This document shows positions 49,423 to 58,850 of a DNA stretch of 62,850 nt, piece by piece. The notes under the pieces are model-generated. The model was not told where the DNA came from, searched no databases, and saw only the letters and a list, made by a program, of their open reading frames with translations. Source of the DNA: Rickettsiales bacterium (lineage in GTDB: Bacteria > Pseudomonadota > Alphaproteobacteria > Rickettsiales > JABIRX01); contig JAWUXM010000049.1 of assembly GCA_034111325.1 (NCBI GenBank), forward strand, positions 1 through 62,850, given 5' to 3'. The first letter of the stretch is position 1. Every line of letters begins with the position of its first letter. A program made the position numbers and the translations under genes.

Positions 49423-50126
49423 ACTTTGCTTTTGCGTGATTTTCTGCGGCGTTTACCGATCCTTCTTTTACCAACAATCTCACGGTCAACCTCTAGGCGT
49501 TTTTGGATATACTCATCAAGATAGCTGCTGAGCTTTTCTAACTTATCACGGAAGAAATGATCCGCGCCTTTAATCACACGGTAATCAATATCAACATCTT
49601 TTTGCAATGATAATTTATGCGCAAGACTTGCTGTATCAGGCTCCACAGCAATTGAATCCGTCTCACCTTGGACAATTAATCCTGAAGCTGTACATGGCGA
49701 CAAGAATGAAAAATCGTACTTCCCAGCTGGTGGTGCAACTGCAATAAAGCCAATTGTTTCAGGACGGCGCATCATTAATTGCATAGCAATCCACGCACCA
49801 AATGAAAAACCTGAAACCCAAAAAATATTAGCGTTAGGATTTTGTGATTGCAGCCAATCCATAGCAGTTGTTGCATCAGCTAATTCACCTATACCGTCGT
49901 CAAACTCACCTTGCGACTTCCCTACTCCACGAAAATTAAAACGTAATACTGAAAAACCATTTCGCACGAATGACCTATATAATGAATAAGCAACTTTATT
50001 ATTCATTGTACCACCATGTACAGGGTGGGGATGCAAAACCAATGCAACTGGTGCATTTTTTACTTCACTGTGATGATAGCGTCCTTCTATTCGTCCCGCA
50101 GGGCCATTAAAGATTACTTCTGGCAT
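49410..50126 (-). CDS. Alpha/beta hydrolase (COG2945-like) with a basic C-terminal tail
   Basis: 238 aa. ALVLHPHPVHGGTMNNKV and the nucleophile elbow GFSFGA. The tail is GKRRIGKRRRKSRKSK. Confidence 0.75.
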   Translation of the reverse strand: MPEVIFNGPAGRIEGRYHHSEVKNAPVALVLHPHPVHGGTMNNKVAYSLYRSFVRNGFSVLRFNFRGVGKSQGEFDDGIGELADATTAMDWLQSQNPNANIFWVSGFSFGAWIAMQLMMRRPETIGFIAVAPPAGKYDFSFLSPCTASGLIVQGETDSIAVEPDTASLAHKLSLQKDVDIDYRVIKGADHFFRDKLEKLSSYLDEYIQKRLEVDREIVGKRRIGKRRRKSRKSKVAAS

Positions 50127-50227
50127 ATAATTAATAATTGACTAGTTTATTGGGTTATTTATATATAACTTAGGACGCAACATATAGGAAGTGTACGTTG
50201 ACTGTCAATATATTATAAATTGCCGCT

Positions 50228-50653
50228 ATGATGCTCACAACTAAAGGTCGCTACGCTGTTATGGCAATTGTTGATCTTGTATATAACAATAAAAACAAAC
50301 CTGCGGCACTCGCCGAGATTGCGTCAAGGCAAGACATTGCCCTATCTTATTTAGAGTAAATTTTTGCAAAGTTAAAAAAATCTGGGCTGGTTAGATCAGT
50401 TCGTGGTCCAGGAGGGGTTTATCTATTAACCAATAAAGCAGAAAACGTTTCTACAATAGAAATCATCAATGCGGTAGACGAAAAAATTGAAATGACTCGA
50501 TGTAAAAATACCGTAACGTGCGTAAAGAATGGCGATATTAGGCATGGTAAATGCCCAATGCATAATTTATGGGCCGGTCTTAACCAACGTATCTCTTCTT
50601 ATTTTACGGAACTTTCCCTCGCTGATATTTGCGCCAATAATTTAAAAAAATAG
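50228..50653 (+). pseudogene. iscR: Rrf2-family regulator IscR interrupted by an in-frame TAA
   Basis: MMLTTKGRYAVMAIVDLVYN..LAEIASRQDIALSYLE-TAA(50357-50359)-IFAKLKKSGLVRSVRGPGGVYLL...C..C.....C. Full-length Rrf2 homology continues in the same frame through the stop. Lies immediately upstream of iscS. Confidence 0.8.
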
Positions 50654-50657
50654 CATA

Positions 50658-51881
50658 ATGACAGACAAAATCAAAACGCCAATTTACCTCGATTATCAAT
50701 CAACTACTCCAACTGACCAGCGAGCGGTTGAAGCTATGTTGCCATATTTCACTGAACATTTTGGCAACCCTCATTCACGCACTCATTCCTTTGGCTGGGC
50801 TGCAGAAGAAGCTATCGATATTGCTCGTGAACAAGTTGCGCATTTAATCAATGCCAACCCTAAAGAAATCATCTTTACTTCTGGCGCAACTGAAGCAAAT
50901 AACTTAGCTATTAAAGGTGTTGCACGCTTTAACAAAGCTACAAAGAATCATATAATCACCGTTGTAACAGAACATAAATGCGTGCTTGATTCGTGTCGCA
51001 AGTTAGAATCTGAAGATTTTGACGTTACTTATCTTCCTGTTCAGCAAAATGGTTTGGTTGATTTAAAAATCTTGGAGGACGCAATTACCGATAAAACTGT
51101 TTTGATTTCAGTCATGACCGTCAATAATGAAATCGGCGTTATTCAACCAATTAAGGAAATCGGCGCAATTTGCCGCAAACATAGCGTTTATTTCCATACT
51201 GATGCAGCACAAGCTTTTGGCAAGATCCCACTTGATGTTGAGGAAATGAATATTGATTTAATGAGTATTTCTGCCCATAAAATCTATGGTCCAAAAGGTA
51301 TCGGCGCATTATATGTCCGCAGAAAACCACGTGTTCGTTTAGAACCAATGATTAACGGCGGCGGACAGGAACGTGGTATGCGTTCAGGCACATTAGCAAC
51401 TCCGCTTATTGTCGGGTTTGGGAAAGCTGCGGATATTGCCGCAAAAGAAATGACCCCAGAAAATGAGCGCTTACATAAATTAAACCATAAATTCTTGCAA
51501 ACCTTACGTGACAACATCCCGGAGATTTACCTAAATGGTGATGAAACTCAACGTATAGCTGGCAATTTAAACATTAGCTTTGCCTATATCGAAGGTGAGT
51601 CTTTAGTTATGGCAATTAAGGATTTAGCAGTTTCTTCTGGTTCCGCCTGCACATCTGCCTCCTTAGAACCATCATATGTTCTACGTGCAATTGGTGTTGA
51701 CGAAACTTTAGCACACACCTCAATTCGCTTCGGTATTGGGCGCTTCACGACCGAGGCGGAAATTGACTATGCTGCCAAAGCGGTTATTAGCGCAATCAAT
51801 AAATTACGTGAGTTAAGCCCTCTTTGGGAAATGGCACAGGAAGGGACTGATATAAAGTCAATTGAATGGACAGGACATTAG
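50658..51881 (+). CDS. iscS: Cysteine desulfurase IscS
   Basis: 407 aa. The PLP-Lys region [17 protein letters not shown] and the active-site loop SSGSACTS are present. Confidence 0.95.
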   Translation: MTDKIKTPIYLDYQSTTPTDQRAVEAMLPYFTEHFGNPHSRTHSFGWAAEEAIDIAREQVAHLINANPKEIIFTSGATEANNLAIKGVARFNKATKNHIITVVTEHKCVLDSCRKLESEDFDVTYLPVQQNGLVDLKILEDAITDKTVLISVMTVNNEIGVIQPIKEIGAICRKHSVYFHTDAAQAFGKIPLDVEEMNIDLMSISAHKIYGPKGIGALYVRRKPRVRLEPMINGGGQERGMRSGTLATPLIVGFGKAADIAAKEMTPENERLHKLNHKFLQTLRDNIPEIYLNGDETQRIAGNLNISFAYIEGESLVMAIKDLAVSSGSACTSASLEPSYVLRAIGVDETLAHTSIRFGIGRFTTEAEIDYAAKAVISAINKLRELSPLWEMAQEGTDIKSIEWTGH

Positions 51882-51953
51882 AATTATTTTTTGGGGTGAT
51901 TTTGCACCCTTTTAGCTAAAAACTTTTATTAACGATAAGAAAACACAAATATT

Positions 51954-52337
51954 ATGGCTTACAGCGAAAAATTACTAGACCATTATGACAACCCACGCAA
52001 TGTTGGGTCGTTAGATAAAAGCAAAAAAACTGTCGGCACAGGCTTAGTTGGTGCTCCTGCTTGTGGAGATGTTATGAAATTACAAATTGAAGTAGACGAT
52101 AGTGGCGTGATTACTGACGCTAAATGTAAAACTTTTGGCTGCAGTTCAGCGATTGCTTCTAGCTCTTTAGCAACTGAAATTATCAAAGGTAAAAATATTA
52201 CAGAGGCTGAGAAAATCACTAATAAAGACGTAGCGAAAGAATTATCCTTACCACCAGTGAAAATTCATTGTTCAGTTTTAGCTGAAGATGCGATCAAAGC
52301 TGCAATTCACGATTATCAAAGCAAAAACATCGCCTAG
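51954..52337 (+). CDS. iscU: Fe-S cluster scaffold IscU
   Basis: 127 aa. GAPACGDVMKLQI, the LPPVK motif, and the three conserved Cys. Confidence 0.95.
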   Translation: MAYSEKLLDHYDNPRNVGSLDKSKKTVGTGLVGAPACGDVMKLQIEVDDSGVITDAKCKTFGCSSAIASSSLATEIIKGKNITEAEKITNKDVAKELSLPPVKIHCSVLAEDAIKAAIHDYQSKNIA

Positions 52338-52344
52338 GTTTATT

Positions 52345-52737
52345 ATGGAAATTACTACAAACTCACAAACGAGTTTTAAAAACAGAAAAGTTGATTACTT
52401 AAAATTGACCGACAATGCAATTGCCGAGATGTTGCAGCGCTTGCAAGGCAAGGGTTATTTAGGCATCAAAATCGGCCTTAAAACCAAAGGCTGTTCCGGC
52501 ATGGCTTACAATATCGAATTCGCCACTGCTGAAAATACCAGCGAGTTTGATGAACTAGTTGATCATGCTAAGGTACAGATTTTTATTGACCCCAAAATTT
52601 CATTATTTCTCTTCGGCACAGAAATGGATTATGTCGAGCGCAGAAATGACGAAGGCATCACTCTTGAATCAGGTTTTGTTTTCAACAACCCTAATGAAAA
52701 AGGTCGCTGTGGCTGTGGCGAATCTTTTTACGTCTAG
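52345..52737 (+). CDS. iscA: Iron-sulfur cluster insertion protein IscA
   Basis: Start at MEITTN. GCSGMAYNIEF and the C-terminal CGCGESF motifs. The 52288 extension overlaps iscU. Confidence 0.9.
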   Translation: MEITTNSQTSFKNRKVDYLKLTDNAIAEMLQRLQGKGYLGIKIGLKTKGCSGMAYNIEFATAENTSEFDELVDHAKVQIFIDPKISLFLFGTEMDYVERRNDEGITLESGFVFNNPNEKGRCGCGESFYV

Positions 52738-52838
52738 GTAATGCTGCACATAAATCAGCAACCTACATCAAAAAAAAACACTGGTTTCTTATAAAAACTT
52801 ATATTAGTTAATACCCTATATAAAAAAATAGGTGCATC

Positions 52839-53348
52839 ATGTCTGATATAAAAATTACCCATATAGCAAATATGGATCGCTTTGAAAGACTAGGTATTGA
52901 GAAATCTTATACTGTAGATCTTGATAATTTAGAGCAAAAATATTTCGCTGCACAGAGCAAATATCACCCTGATAAATTTAGCAATAGTTCCGAGCAGGAA
53001 AAACTCCTTACTGCGCAACATGCAACTATGGTTAATGAGGCATATGTCACCCTCAAATCCTGTTTAAAAAGAGCGATATATTTATTAGAATTAGCAGGAA
53101 TTAACTCACTTGAGGATATCAAGGCAAGTGATGAGTTGCTTGAACAAATCTGGGATTACAACAGACAATTTGAAAGAATAGGCGAAAAAGCAAAAATTGC
53201 TGCAATAACTGCCGAAGTAGAAGAGGCAAAAGAAAAATGCAAAGCAGATTTAAATAAAGCTTTTACTGAAAATGATATAGACAAAGCTGCACAATTAACT
53301 ATGAAATTACGCTTCTTGAAAAGGGTTAATGATAAGGAATGGCTTTGA
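52839..53348 (+). CDS. hscB: Fe-S co-chaperone HscB
   Basis: 169 aa. J-domain with HPDKF. Positioned between iscA and the hscA remnant. Confidence 0.85.
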   Translation: MSDIKITHIANMDRFERLGIEKSYTVDLDNLEQKYFAAQSKYHPDKFSNSSEQEKLLTAQHATMVNEAYVTLKSCLKRAIYLLELAGINSLEDIKASDELLEQIWDYNRQFERIGEKAKIAAITAEVEEAKEKCKADLNKAFTENDIDKAAQLTMKLRFLKRVNDKEWL

Positions 53349-54004
53349 AACTACTAGATATTAACGAACCAAATACCCTACACGCCAAGCAAAAACAAAA
53401 CGATATCGCCATCGTTATAGATCTCGGAACGACTAATTCTTTAGTCGCATTTTCAGAAAAACACAAACCTCGCATTTTAGAAGATAATAGAGGCAGAAGG
53501 CTTATCCCTTCAACTGTTAGTATAGTGAGCAAGATGTACAAATTGGCGATAAAAACTCTCCTAGTAACATCGCCTCAGTCAAAACCCTAATGGGGAAATC
53601 ATTAGCAGATTTTTCCGATAATAAAAAACAGTTCTTTGCAATTGACAAGAAGAAGTCACAAGAAAGTCAGATGATTTACCTTGATGTTCATGGCAAGTAT
53701 GGAGAATGCTAAATCCGACATGGGTGAGCGCTTATTAATCAGCACAAAGTTAGAAGCAGAAGAGATAATTCACGCCCTTAAAACTGTTACTGCCGAAGAA
53801 AAACTAAAAAAAGATGATAAAATATTTGAAGAAATCAAATTAATGGAGCATAGTCCGACGGGCGTTGAATTAAATGATATCAAAGCACAATTATATAATC
53901 TTAAAACTAAACTTGAGGAATTTGCTGTAAAACGCGGCAAAAAAATAAGTAAATCCTTAAAAGGTAAAAAACTTTCTGAAATTAACCATTTATTAAATAA
54001 TTAA
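53339..54004 (+). pseudogene. hscA: hscA remnant: frameshifted, with a large internal deletion
   Basis: The N-terminus MALKLLDINEP..IVIDLGTTNSLVAF (frame 1) continues as ..DVQIGDKNSPSNIASVKTLMGKSLADF.. in another frame from about 53530 and stops at 53710. The C-terminal lid ..ENAKSDMGERLLISTKLEAEEIIHAL...SLKGKKLSE is back in frame 1. The total span is 666 bp, against about 1.85 kb for intact hscA. Confidence 0.8.
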
Positions 54005-54005
54005 A

Positions 54006-54332
54006 ATGCCAAAAATTATATTTGTTGAAAACGGTGTCGAAAAAACTATCGAAGCACAAAACGGCTTATCAATCCTAGAAATTGCTCATACTAATGACAT
54101 AAGCCTTGAAGGCGCTTGTGAAGGCTCACTTGCTTGCTCCACTTGCCACGTCGTAGTTGACTCTGACCATTTCAAAACCTTAGAAGAAGCTAGTGAAGAT
54201 GAAGAGGACATGTTGGATTTAGCTTTTGGCGTTACCCAAACTTCAAGACTTGGCTGCCAAATCATCATGTCGGATGAATTAGACGGCATCAAACTTATTG
54301 TTCCCAGCGAAACTCGCAATATTAGCCTCTGA
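54006..54332 (+). CDS. fdx: [2Fe-2S] ferredoxin, adrenodoxin/ISC type
   Basis: 108 aa. [12 protein letters not shown] and ..LGCQI.. Cys ligands. Last gene of the isc cluster. Confidence 0.9.
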   Translation: MPKIIFVENGVEKTIEAQNGLSILEIAHTNDISLEGACEGSLACSTCHVVVDSDHFKTLEEASEDEEDMLDLAFGVTQTSRLGCQIIMSDELDGIKLIVPSETRNISL

Positions 54333-55552
54333 TGAAAAAAATCATAATTGTCGTCATTGCACTTTGTCTTCTCGTTTTCGGAGTTTACACAGCAATTTGG
54401 CATTATGCTTCACATAAACATCTGCAATTTATACAAACTTCCCTCGCAGAGGCTGCACAAGAAATGCAAAAGTCTGATGTAAAACTCAGCTATGGCACAA
54501 TTACGAAATCAGGCTTCCCTAATGCTATCGGACTCAACATCCCTCATATAACTATTAGTGAGGCGGCGGGTGAAAAATTCGTAATGGTTTTGAATGATAT
54601 TACCACTCACATTTCAATCACTGATCTCAACACATATAATGCTACCATAAAAAGCATCGCTGCTACCATAACTGATTACCAGAAGAATGTTAACAACATA
54701 AATATTAGTTTTGATAAGGACGCAGCACTAAATAGCATAACAAAAATTAATGGGGGAAATCTTACCCAGAAGCTAATAATTCCTAAAAAAATATTTATCA
54801 GCTCAGCAAATAAAGACGCAACCATAAATCTTATTTCAGAGGCTGATAATCCTGCGATATTAGAAACCCAAATACATGGCAATCATCTATATAAAGTTCT
54901 TTATGATGAGATCGGTAACAGCTCTGTATTTATGGCCGACAACCCAGAAAACATCCTCTCGAAATCTGGTCCAGCCAAAGTTGAATATATCAATAAAGAT
55001 TCGAGTAACGACAATAACATAAAATTACTAATTGATTTACAACAAGGTGAAACCACTAGCTCTACGGGCAAGAAAATCACTTATTCTTTTCTATTAGATA
55101 GCAATATGCGTATTGCTAAAACGCATGATGCAATGGATCTCAACCTCAGCAAACTGGTCTTAAATGTTAACAAATTAAACCTTACCTCATCTGCTGATAT
55201 AAAACTCTCACAGGATGATTTTATGCCTTATGGCACAGCAGATATCCAGCTCGAGGAGTTCAAACAATTTATCCAACCAACATTCCTTTGGCTTAAGCTG
55301 CTACAGACTGGCAATATCATAAAAATAATGGAAGCTGTCTCCACACCGCCAACAGGTGCAACTCCTGAAGAGGCAGAAAATATCAAACAGTTCGCTGCAT
55401 TTTTAAGTAAAGTAAATAAAAGCGCTGCTGATAATAGCTTCCTTCTCATTACATCTCGGCAGAAACTTGGCACTCTCTATGTTAATGATATAGACTCAGT
55501 AGAATTTTATGATGAATTATCTCAGTTCTTTGAAGCGCCAATTTTGGAGTAA
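54332..55552 (+). CDS. Hypothetical membrane-anchored protein (DUF2125-like, tentative)
   Basis: 406 aa. A single N-terminal TM helix followed by a long soluble domain. TGATG overlap with fdx. The family call is from memory only. Confidence 0.5.
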   Translation: MKKIIIVVIALCLLVFGVYTAIWHYASHKHLQFIQTSLAEAAQEMQKSDVKLSYGTITKSGFPNAIGLNIPHITISEAAGEKFVMVLNDITTHISITDLNTYNATIKSIAATITDYQKNVNNINISFDKDAALNSITKINGGNLTQKLIIPKKIFISSANKDATINLISEADNPAILETQIHGNHLYKVLYDEIGNSSVFMADNPENILSKSGPAKVEYINKDSSNDNNIKLLIDLQQGETTSSTGKKITYSFLLDSNMRIAKTHDAMDLNLSKLVLNVNKLNLTSSADIKLSQDDFMPYGTADIQLEEFKQFIQPTFLWLKLLQTGNIIKIMEAVSTPPTGATPEEAENIKQFAAFLSKVNKSAADNSFLLITSRQKLGTLYVNDIDSVEFYDELSQFFEAPILE

Positions 55553-55654
55553 CACCAAAGTTCTTCTTTAAATGTGCATTTGCAGTTATGTAAAATTAGA
55601 TGAGAAAGCAAGTAGAATGGCGGCAAAAACTACATTTAAAGATAAACCTTGGTA
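55553..55654 (+). mobile_element. MITE copy 3 (internally deleted, 102 bp)
   Basis: The left roughly 70 bp and right roughly 28 bp align with copy 2. Flanked by TAA at 55550-55552 (stop of the upstream gene) and TAA at 55655-55657 (overlapping the comF ATG). Confidence 0.8.
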
Positions 55655-55656
55655 TA

Positions 55657-56352
55657 ATGCTCAAACTAATATTTCCACCCAAATGCGTTAGCTGCCATAA
55701 ACCAACCTCAACCTATCATCGCCTTTGTGATAATTGCTGGCCTGAGTTTGAAGCTATGCCAAGCGAATCATGTACGATTTGCCATGCACCAACTGAAGGA
55801 AGTCAAGATTTACTCTGCATGAATTGCCTAAAAACCAAGCCCTACTATACCAGCGCTAGAGCAGCTTTTACCTATAACTTTGCCAGCAAAAAAATCATTC
55901 TTGGTTTCAAATATGGCGATAAAATACTTCATAAAAAATTTATGAGTGAGATGATTATCGCTAAACATCAAGCCCTACTCGAAAAAGCAGATCTTATCTG
56001 CCCGATTCCATTACATAAAAAACGGCTGCGCCAAAGAAAATATAACCAAGCTGCCCTCCTCAGCCGCACCATCGCCAAAAATCTTAACTTACCCAATATT
56101 GCTGATTTGCTAATTCGCACTAAGAACACCCCATCACAAACTAATTTACCTTACAAGGAGCGGATAGCCAATATTAAAAATGCCTTTATCATTAACCCAA
56201 AATTCATCAACCTTATTAAAAAGCAAAATATTGTAATCATTGATGACGTTCTAACCACTGGCGCAACGGCCAATGAATGTGCTCGTATTTTACATAAAAA
56301 TGGTGCGGCGCAAACTCATATCATTACCTTCGCCCGCACAGTGGCGGAGTAA
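55657..56352 (+). CDS. ComF-family phosphoribosyltransferase-domain protein
   Basis: Start at MLKLIFPPKCVSCHK (typical ComF zinc-finger N-terminus). PRT motif IVIIDDVLTTGAT. The 55600 start in the ORF track lies inside the MITE. Confidence 0.8.
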   Translation: MLKLIFPPKCVSCHKPTSTYHRLCDNCWPEFEAMPSESCTICHAPTEGSQDLLCMNCLKTKPYYTSARAAFTYNFASKKIILGFKYGDKILHKKFMSEMIIAKHQALLEKADLICPIPLHKKRLRQRKYNQAALLSRTIAKNLNLPNIADLLIRTKNTPSQTNLPYKERIANIKNAFIINPKFINLIKKQNIVIIDDVLTTGATANECARILHKNGAAQTHIITFARTVAE

Positions 56353-56436
56353 GAGCTGAAAGTACTTGACTAACCTACGAATATACATATTATCCGCAGT
56401 CTTTATAAATTCATAATTACGTTTGGGGTAATAAAA

Positions 56437-56637
56437 TTGTTACAAGTATTAGTTAAAAACAACGACATCGAAGGCGCAATCAGAACATTGAAGAAAAAAC
56501 TTCAATATGAAGGTGTATTCAAATCTCTTAAGAATGGCCGCTTTTTCGAAAAACCATCTGAGAAGAAAGCCCGCAGAACACAAGAAGCGAGACGCAGAAA
56601 AAGAAAAATCCAATATAAGTTTGACGTAGTTCTATAA
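56437..56637 (+). CDS. rpsU: 30S ribosomal protein S21
   Basis: 66 aa, TTG start. LQVLVKNNDIEGAIRTLKKKLQYEGVFKSLK..FEKPSEKKARR is the S21 pattern. Confidence 0.9.
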   Translation: MLQVLVKNNDIEGAIRTLKKKLQYEGVFKSLKNGRFFEKPSEKKARRTQEARRRKRKIQYKFDVVL

Positions 56638-56701
56638 GAATTACTCCCTAACGTCGTTCCCTGAATGCCAGGAAAAAGAACGCACAAAAAACTAAGTATA
56701 T

Positions 56702-56820
56702 AAAATTTGAGGATTTTTGTGAAATTTTTTGTAAATGTCCTTTGACATTGAAGCGACGTGTATCTCTTATACACAAGCAAAATGGAAAAGATTATTTGCA
56801 AAAAATAACTCGAAAAGACC
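56702..56820 (+). repeat. Intergenic repeat family B, copy B3
   Basis: Aligns with B1. Central hairpin GTGTAT-ctctt-ATACAC and the block GCAAAATGGAAAAGATTATT. Ends 10 nt before tRNA-Ser. Confidence 0.7.
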
Positions 56821-56830
56821 AAATTTTTGT

Positions 56831-56923
56831 GGAGGGGTGGCCGAGTGGCTGAAGGCGACGGTTTGCTAAATCGTTATACAGTTTTATGCTGTATCGTGGG
56901 TTCGAATCCCATCCCCTCCTCCA
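56831..56923 (+). tRNA. tRNA-Ser (anticodon GCU), encoded CCA
   Basis: Acceptor GGAGGGG/CCCCTCC. Anticodon arm ACGGT-TTGCTAA-ATCGT. Long variable arm (class II). T-arm GTGGG-TTCGAAT-CCCAT. 3' CCA. Confidence 0.95.
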
Positions 56924-57128
56924 TCACATCCCATACAATCCTTATGGAGGCTCGCTACAAGCCAAGTAATACCCTCGCTTCCCTCTTCTCCAAAATCTTA
57001 TAAACCTGCTAGAATCAGGCTAAGAATTATCCGTACCCTCTTGGGGTCGTCCCTTTTCACAAAAATATTGAAAATACGTTTTAAAAGGTTATGATTTTCA
57101 AAGTTTTTTTTGTAATTTTATTTATTCC

Positions 57129-57413
57129 ATGAATAAAAAGTTTAGTTCATTACTTATCATTGCTGTTTTTCTTAGCGTGCAAGCCTTCTCGCTTTTGCAC
57201 GTAAGTAAGTATGGCTTTGAAAAACATGAACATAATGGCAAAAATTGCGATATTTGCCTCAGCGCAGATCACAATAAATTACTCAGCAATAATACGACTA
57301 ACTTAATAGCTCCCAATTTATTGCCTTTTAAAGTTACTTTGCCAAAAGCGACCTTACCTTTTTCTGGCAAAGTTCAAAATTTCCAAGCAAGAGCCCCTCC
57401 CCTCTTTTCCTAA
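57129..57413 (+). CDS. Small secreted or membrane protein with an H-x-H...CxxC motif (DUF2946-like, tentative)
   Basis: 94 aa. N-terminal hydrophobic segment, HEHNGKNCDICLSADH, and an ARAPP-type C-terminus. First gene of the metal-uptake cluster. Confidence 0.4.
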   Translation: MNKKFSSLLIIAVFLSVQAFSLLHVSKYGFEKHEHNGKNCDICLSADHNKLLSNNTTNLIAPNLLPFKVTLPKATLPFSGKVQNFQARAPPLFS

Positions 57414-57518
57414 TTAAGCTAAACTAGATCAATTTTTTAAAGCAATTTCTCGCCTGGCATCATTAATGTGCCACGTGGTTACTTGTTTTATATTTAGAAA
57501 TTAAAAATTATTAGGAAA

Positions 57519-58844
57519 ATGACCAAAACAAAAATTATGGCACAAATCGTGCTTGCAGCTTCTGTGTGGAGCAATTCTTCACTGGCTGCTACTAACCCAG
57601 AAATAAAATCTCTTCAAAATGAATTTAATAATATCAAGAATTCATATGAGAGACGAATATCTGATTTAGAAAACAAGTTAGATAAAAACAACTCAACATT
57701 AAATAACGCTAATTCTACTCGTAATATCTATTCAAATAGTTTTAACCCATCAATTGGCATAATACTAAATGGTAAATATTCCGCTTTTTCTCAACAAACT
57801 TCTGAAATTGCTGGCTTTGGCATTGGTGAAGAAGGTGAGAGGGGAAGCGAAGGGTTTTCTATTGGTGAATCTGAGCTGAATTTTTCTTCTAATATTGATG
57901 ATAAATTCTTCGGTAGCTTAACTGCTGCAATTGTTAGAGAGGATGGATCTGATCAAATAGAGCTAGAAGAGGCGTTTATTAGAACCTCCCCAGAATTTGG
58001 CTTGCCTACTGGACTTGAAATTAAAGCTGGTCGGGCATTTTGGAATTTAGGATATTTAAATGCCAATCATGCTCACACTGACGATTTTGCTGATCGCCCA
58101 TTGCCATATAGAGCATTTTTGAATAAAGGTTTTAATGATGATGGAGTTGAAGTTTCTTACGTTTTACCAACTGATTTATATGCAGAAATTGGCGGTGGAT
58201 CATTTAGAGGCGATGACTTCCCACTTGGAGGTGGTGATGGAACTGGGTCATATTCCGCTTATGCTAGAGTAGGGGGTGACATTGGATATAATCAAAGTTG
58301 GCGTTTTGGTTTATCTATGCTTTCTGGTGAGGCAAAAGGTGGAAGAGTTACCAATGAAGATAATGAAGATAATGTAACTTTTATTGGAGATACAGATCTT
58401 TATGCAGCTGATTTACGCTATGTTTTTGCTCCAACTGGCAATGCTAAAAATCAAGAATTAACCTTTCAAGGTGAGTATTTCTATCGTGATGAGTCTGGTA
58501 CTTATGAGGATACCAATTCCTCTACAGGAAAGGTTGACTTTGATGATAATGCTTCTGGTTGGTATGCACAAACTGTGTATAAATTTAAACCACAATGGCG
58601 AGTTGGGTTAAGGTATAGTGAATTACTTGCTCCTAACACTCCAGCTGGATTGATTGGAAGCACCTTAGATTCAGATGATCATGATCCAAAATCATATACA
58701 GCAATGATTGATTGGACCAATAGTGAGTTTAGTCGTATTCGCCTTCAATATAACCATGAAGAATTATCTAAAAATAATCAGGATAATCAAGTTACATTAC
58801 AATATGTAATGAGCTTTGGAGCGCACTCTGCACATAAATATTAA
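57519..58844 (+). CDS. Outer-membrane beta-barrel protein of unknown family
   Basis: 441 aa. Signal peptide, a short coiled-coil (IKSLQNEFNNIKNSYERRISDLENKL), alternating beta-strand-like sequence, and a C-terminal aromatic residue (..AHKY). Confidence 0.55.
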   Translation: MTKTKIMAQIVLAASVWSNSSLAATNPEIKSLQNEFNNIKNSYERRISDLENKLDKNNSTLNNANSTRNIYSNSFNPSIGIILNGKYSAFSQQTSEIAGFGIGEEGERGSEGFSIGESELNFSSNIDDKFFGSLTAAIVREDGSDQIELEEAFIRTSPEFGLPTGLEIKAGRAFWNLGYLNANHAHTDDFADRPLPYRAFLNKGFNDDGVEVSYVLPTDLYAEIGGGSFRGDDFPLGGGDGTGSYSAYARVGGDIGYNQSWRFGLSMLSGEAKGGRVTNEDNEDNVTFIGDTDLYAADLRYVFAPTGNAKNQELTFQGEYFYRDESGTYEDTNSSTGKVDFDDNASGWYAQTVYKFKPQWRVGLRYSELLAPNTPAGLIGSTLDSDDHDPKSYTAMIDWTNSEFSRIRLQYNHEELSKNNQDNQVTLQYVMSFGAHSAHKY

Positions 58845-58850
58845 ATAATA

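Noticed and set aside
56924-57128. tRNA-Ser as a genomic-island integration site for the downstream metal-uptake cluster.
   Set aside because: I found no direct repeat of the tRNA 3' end downstream and no integrase. The island status remains only a weak possibility, noted under the cluster finding.
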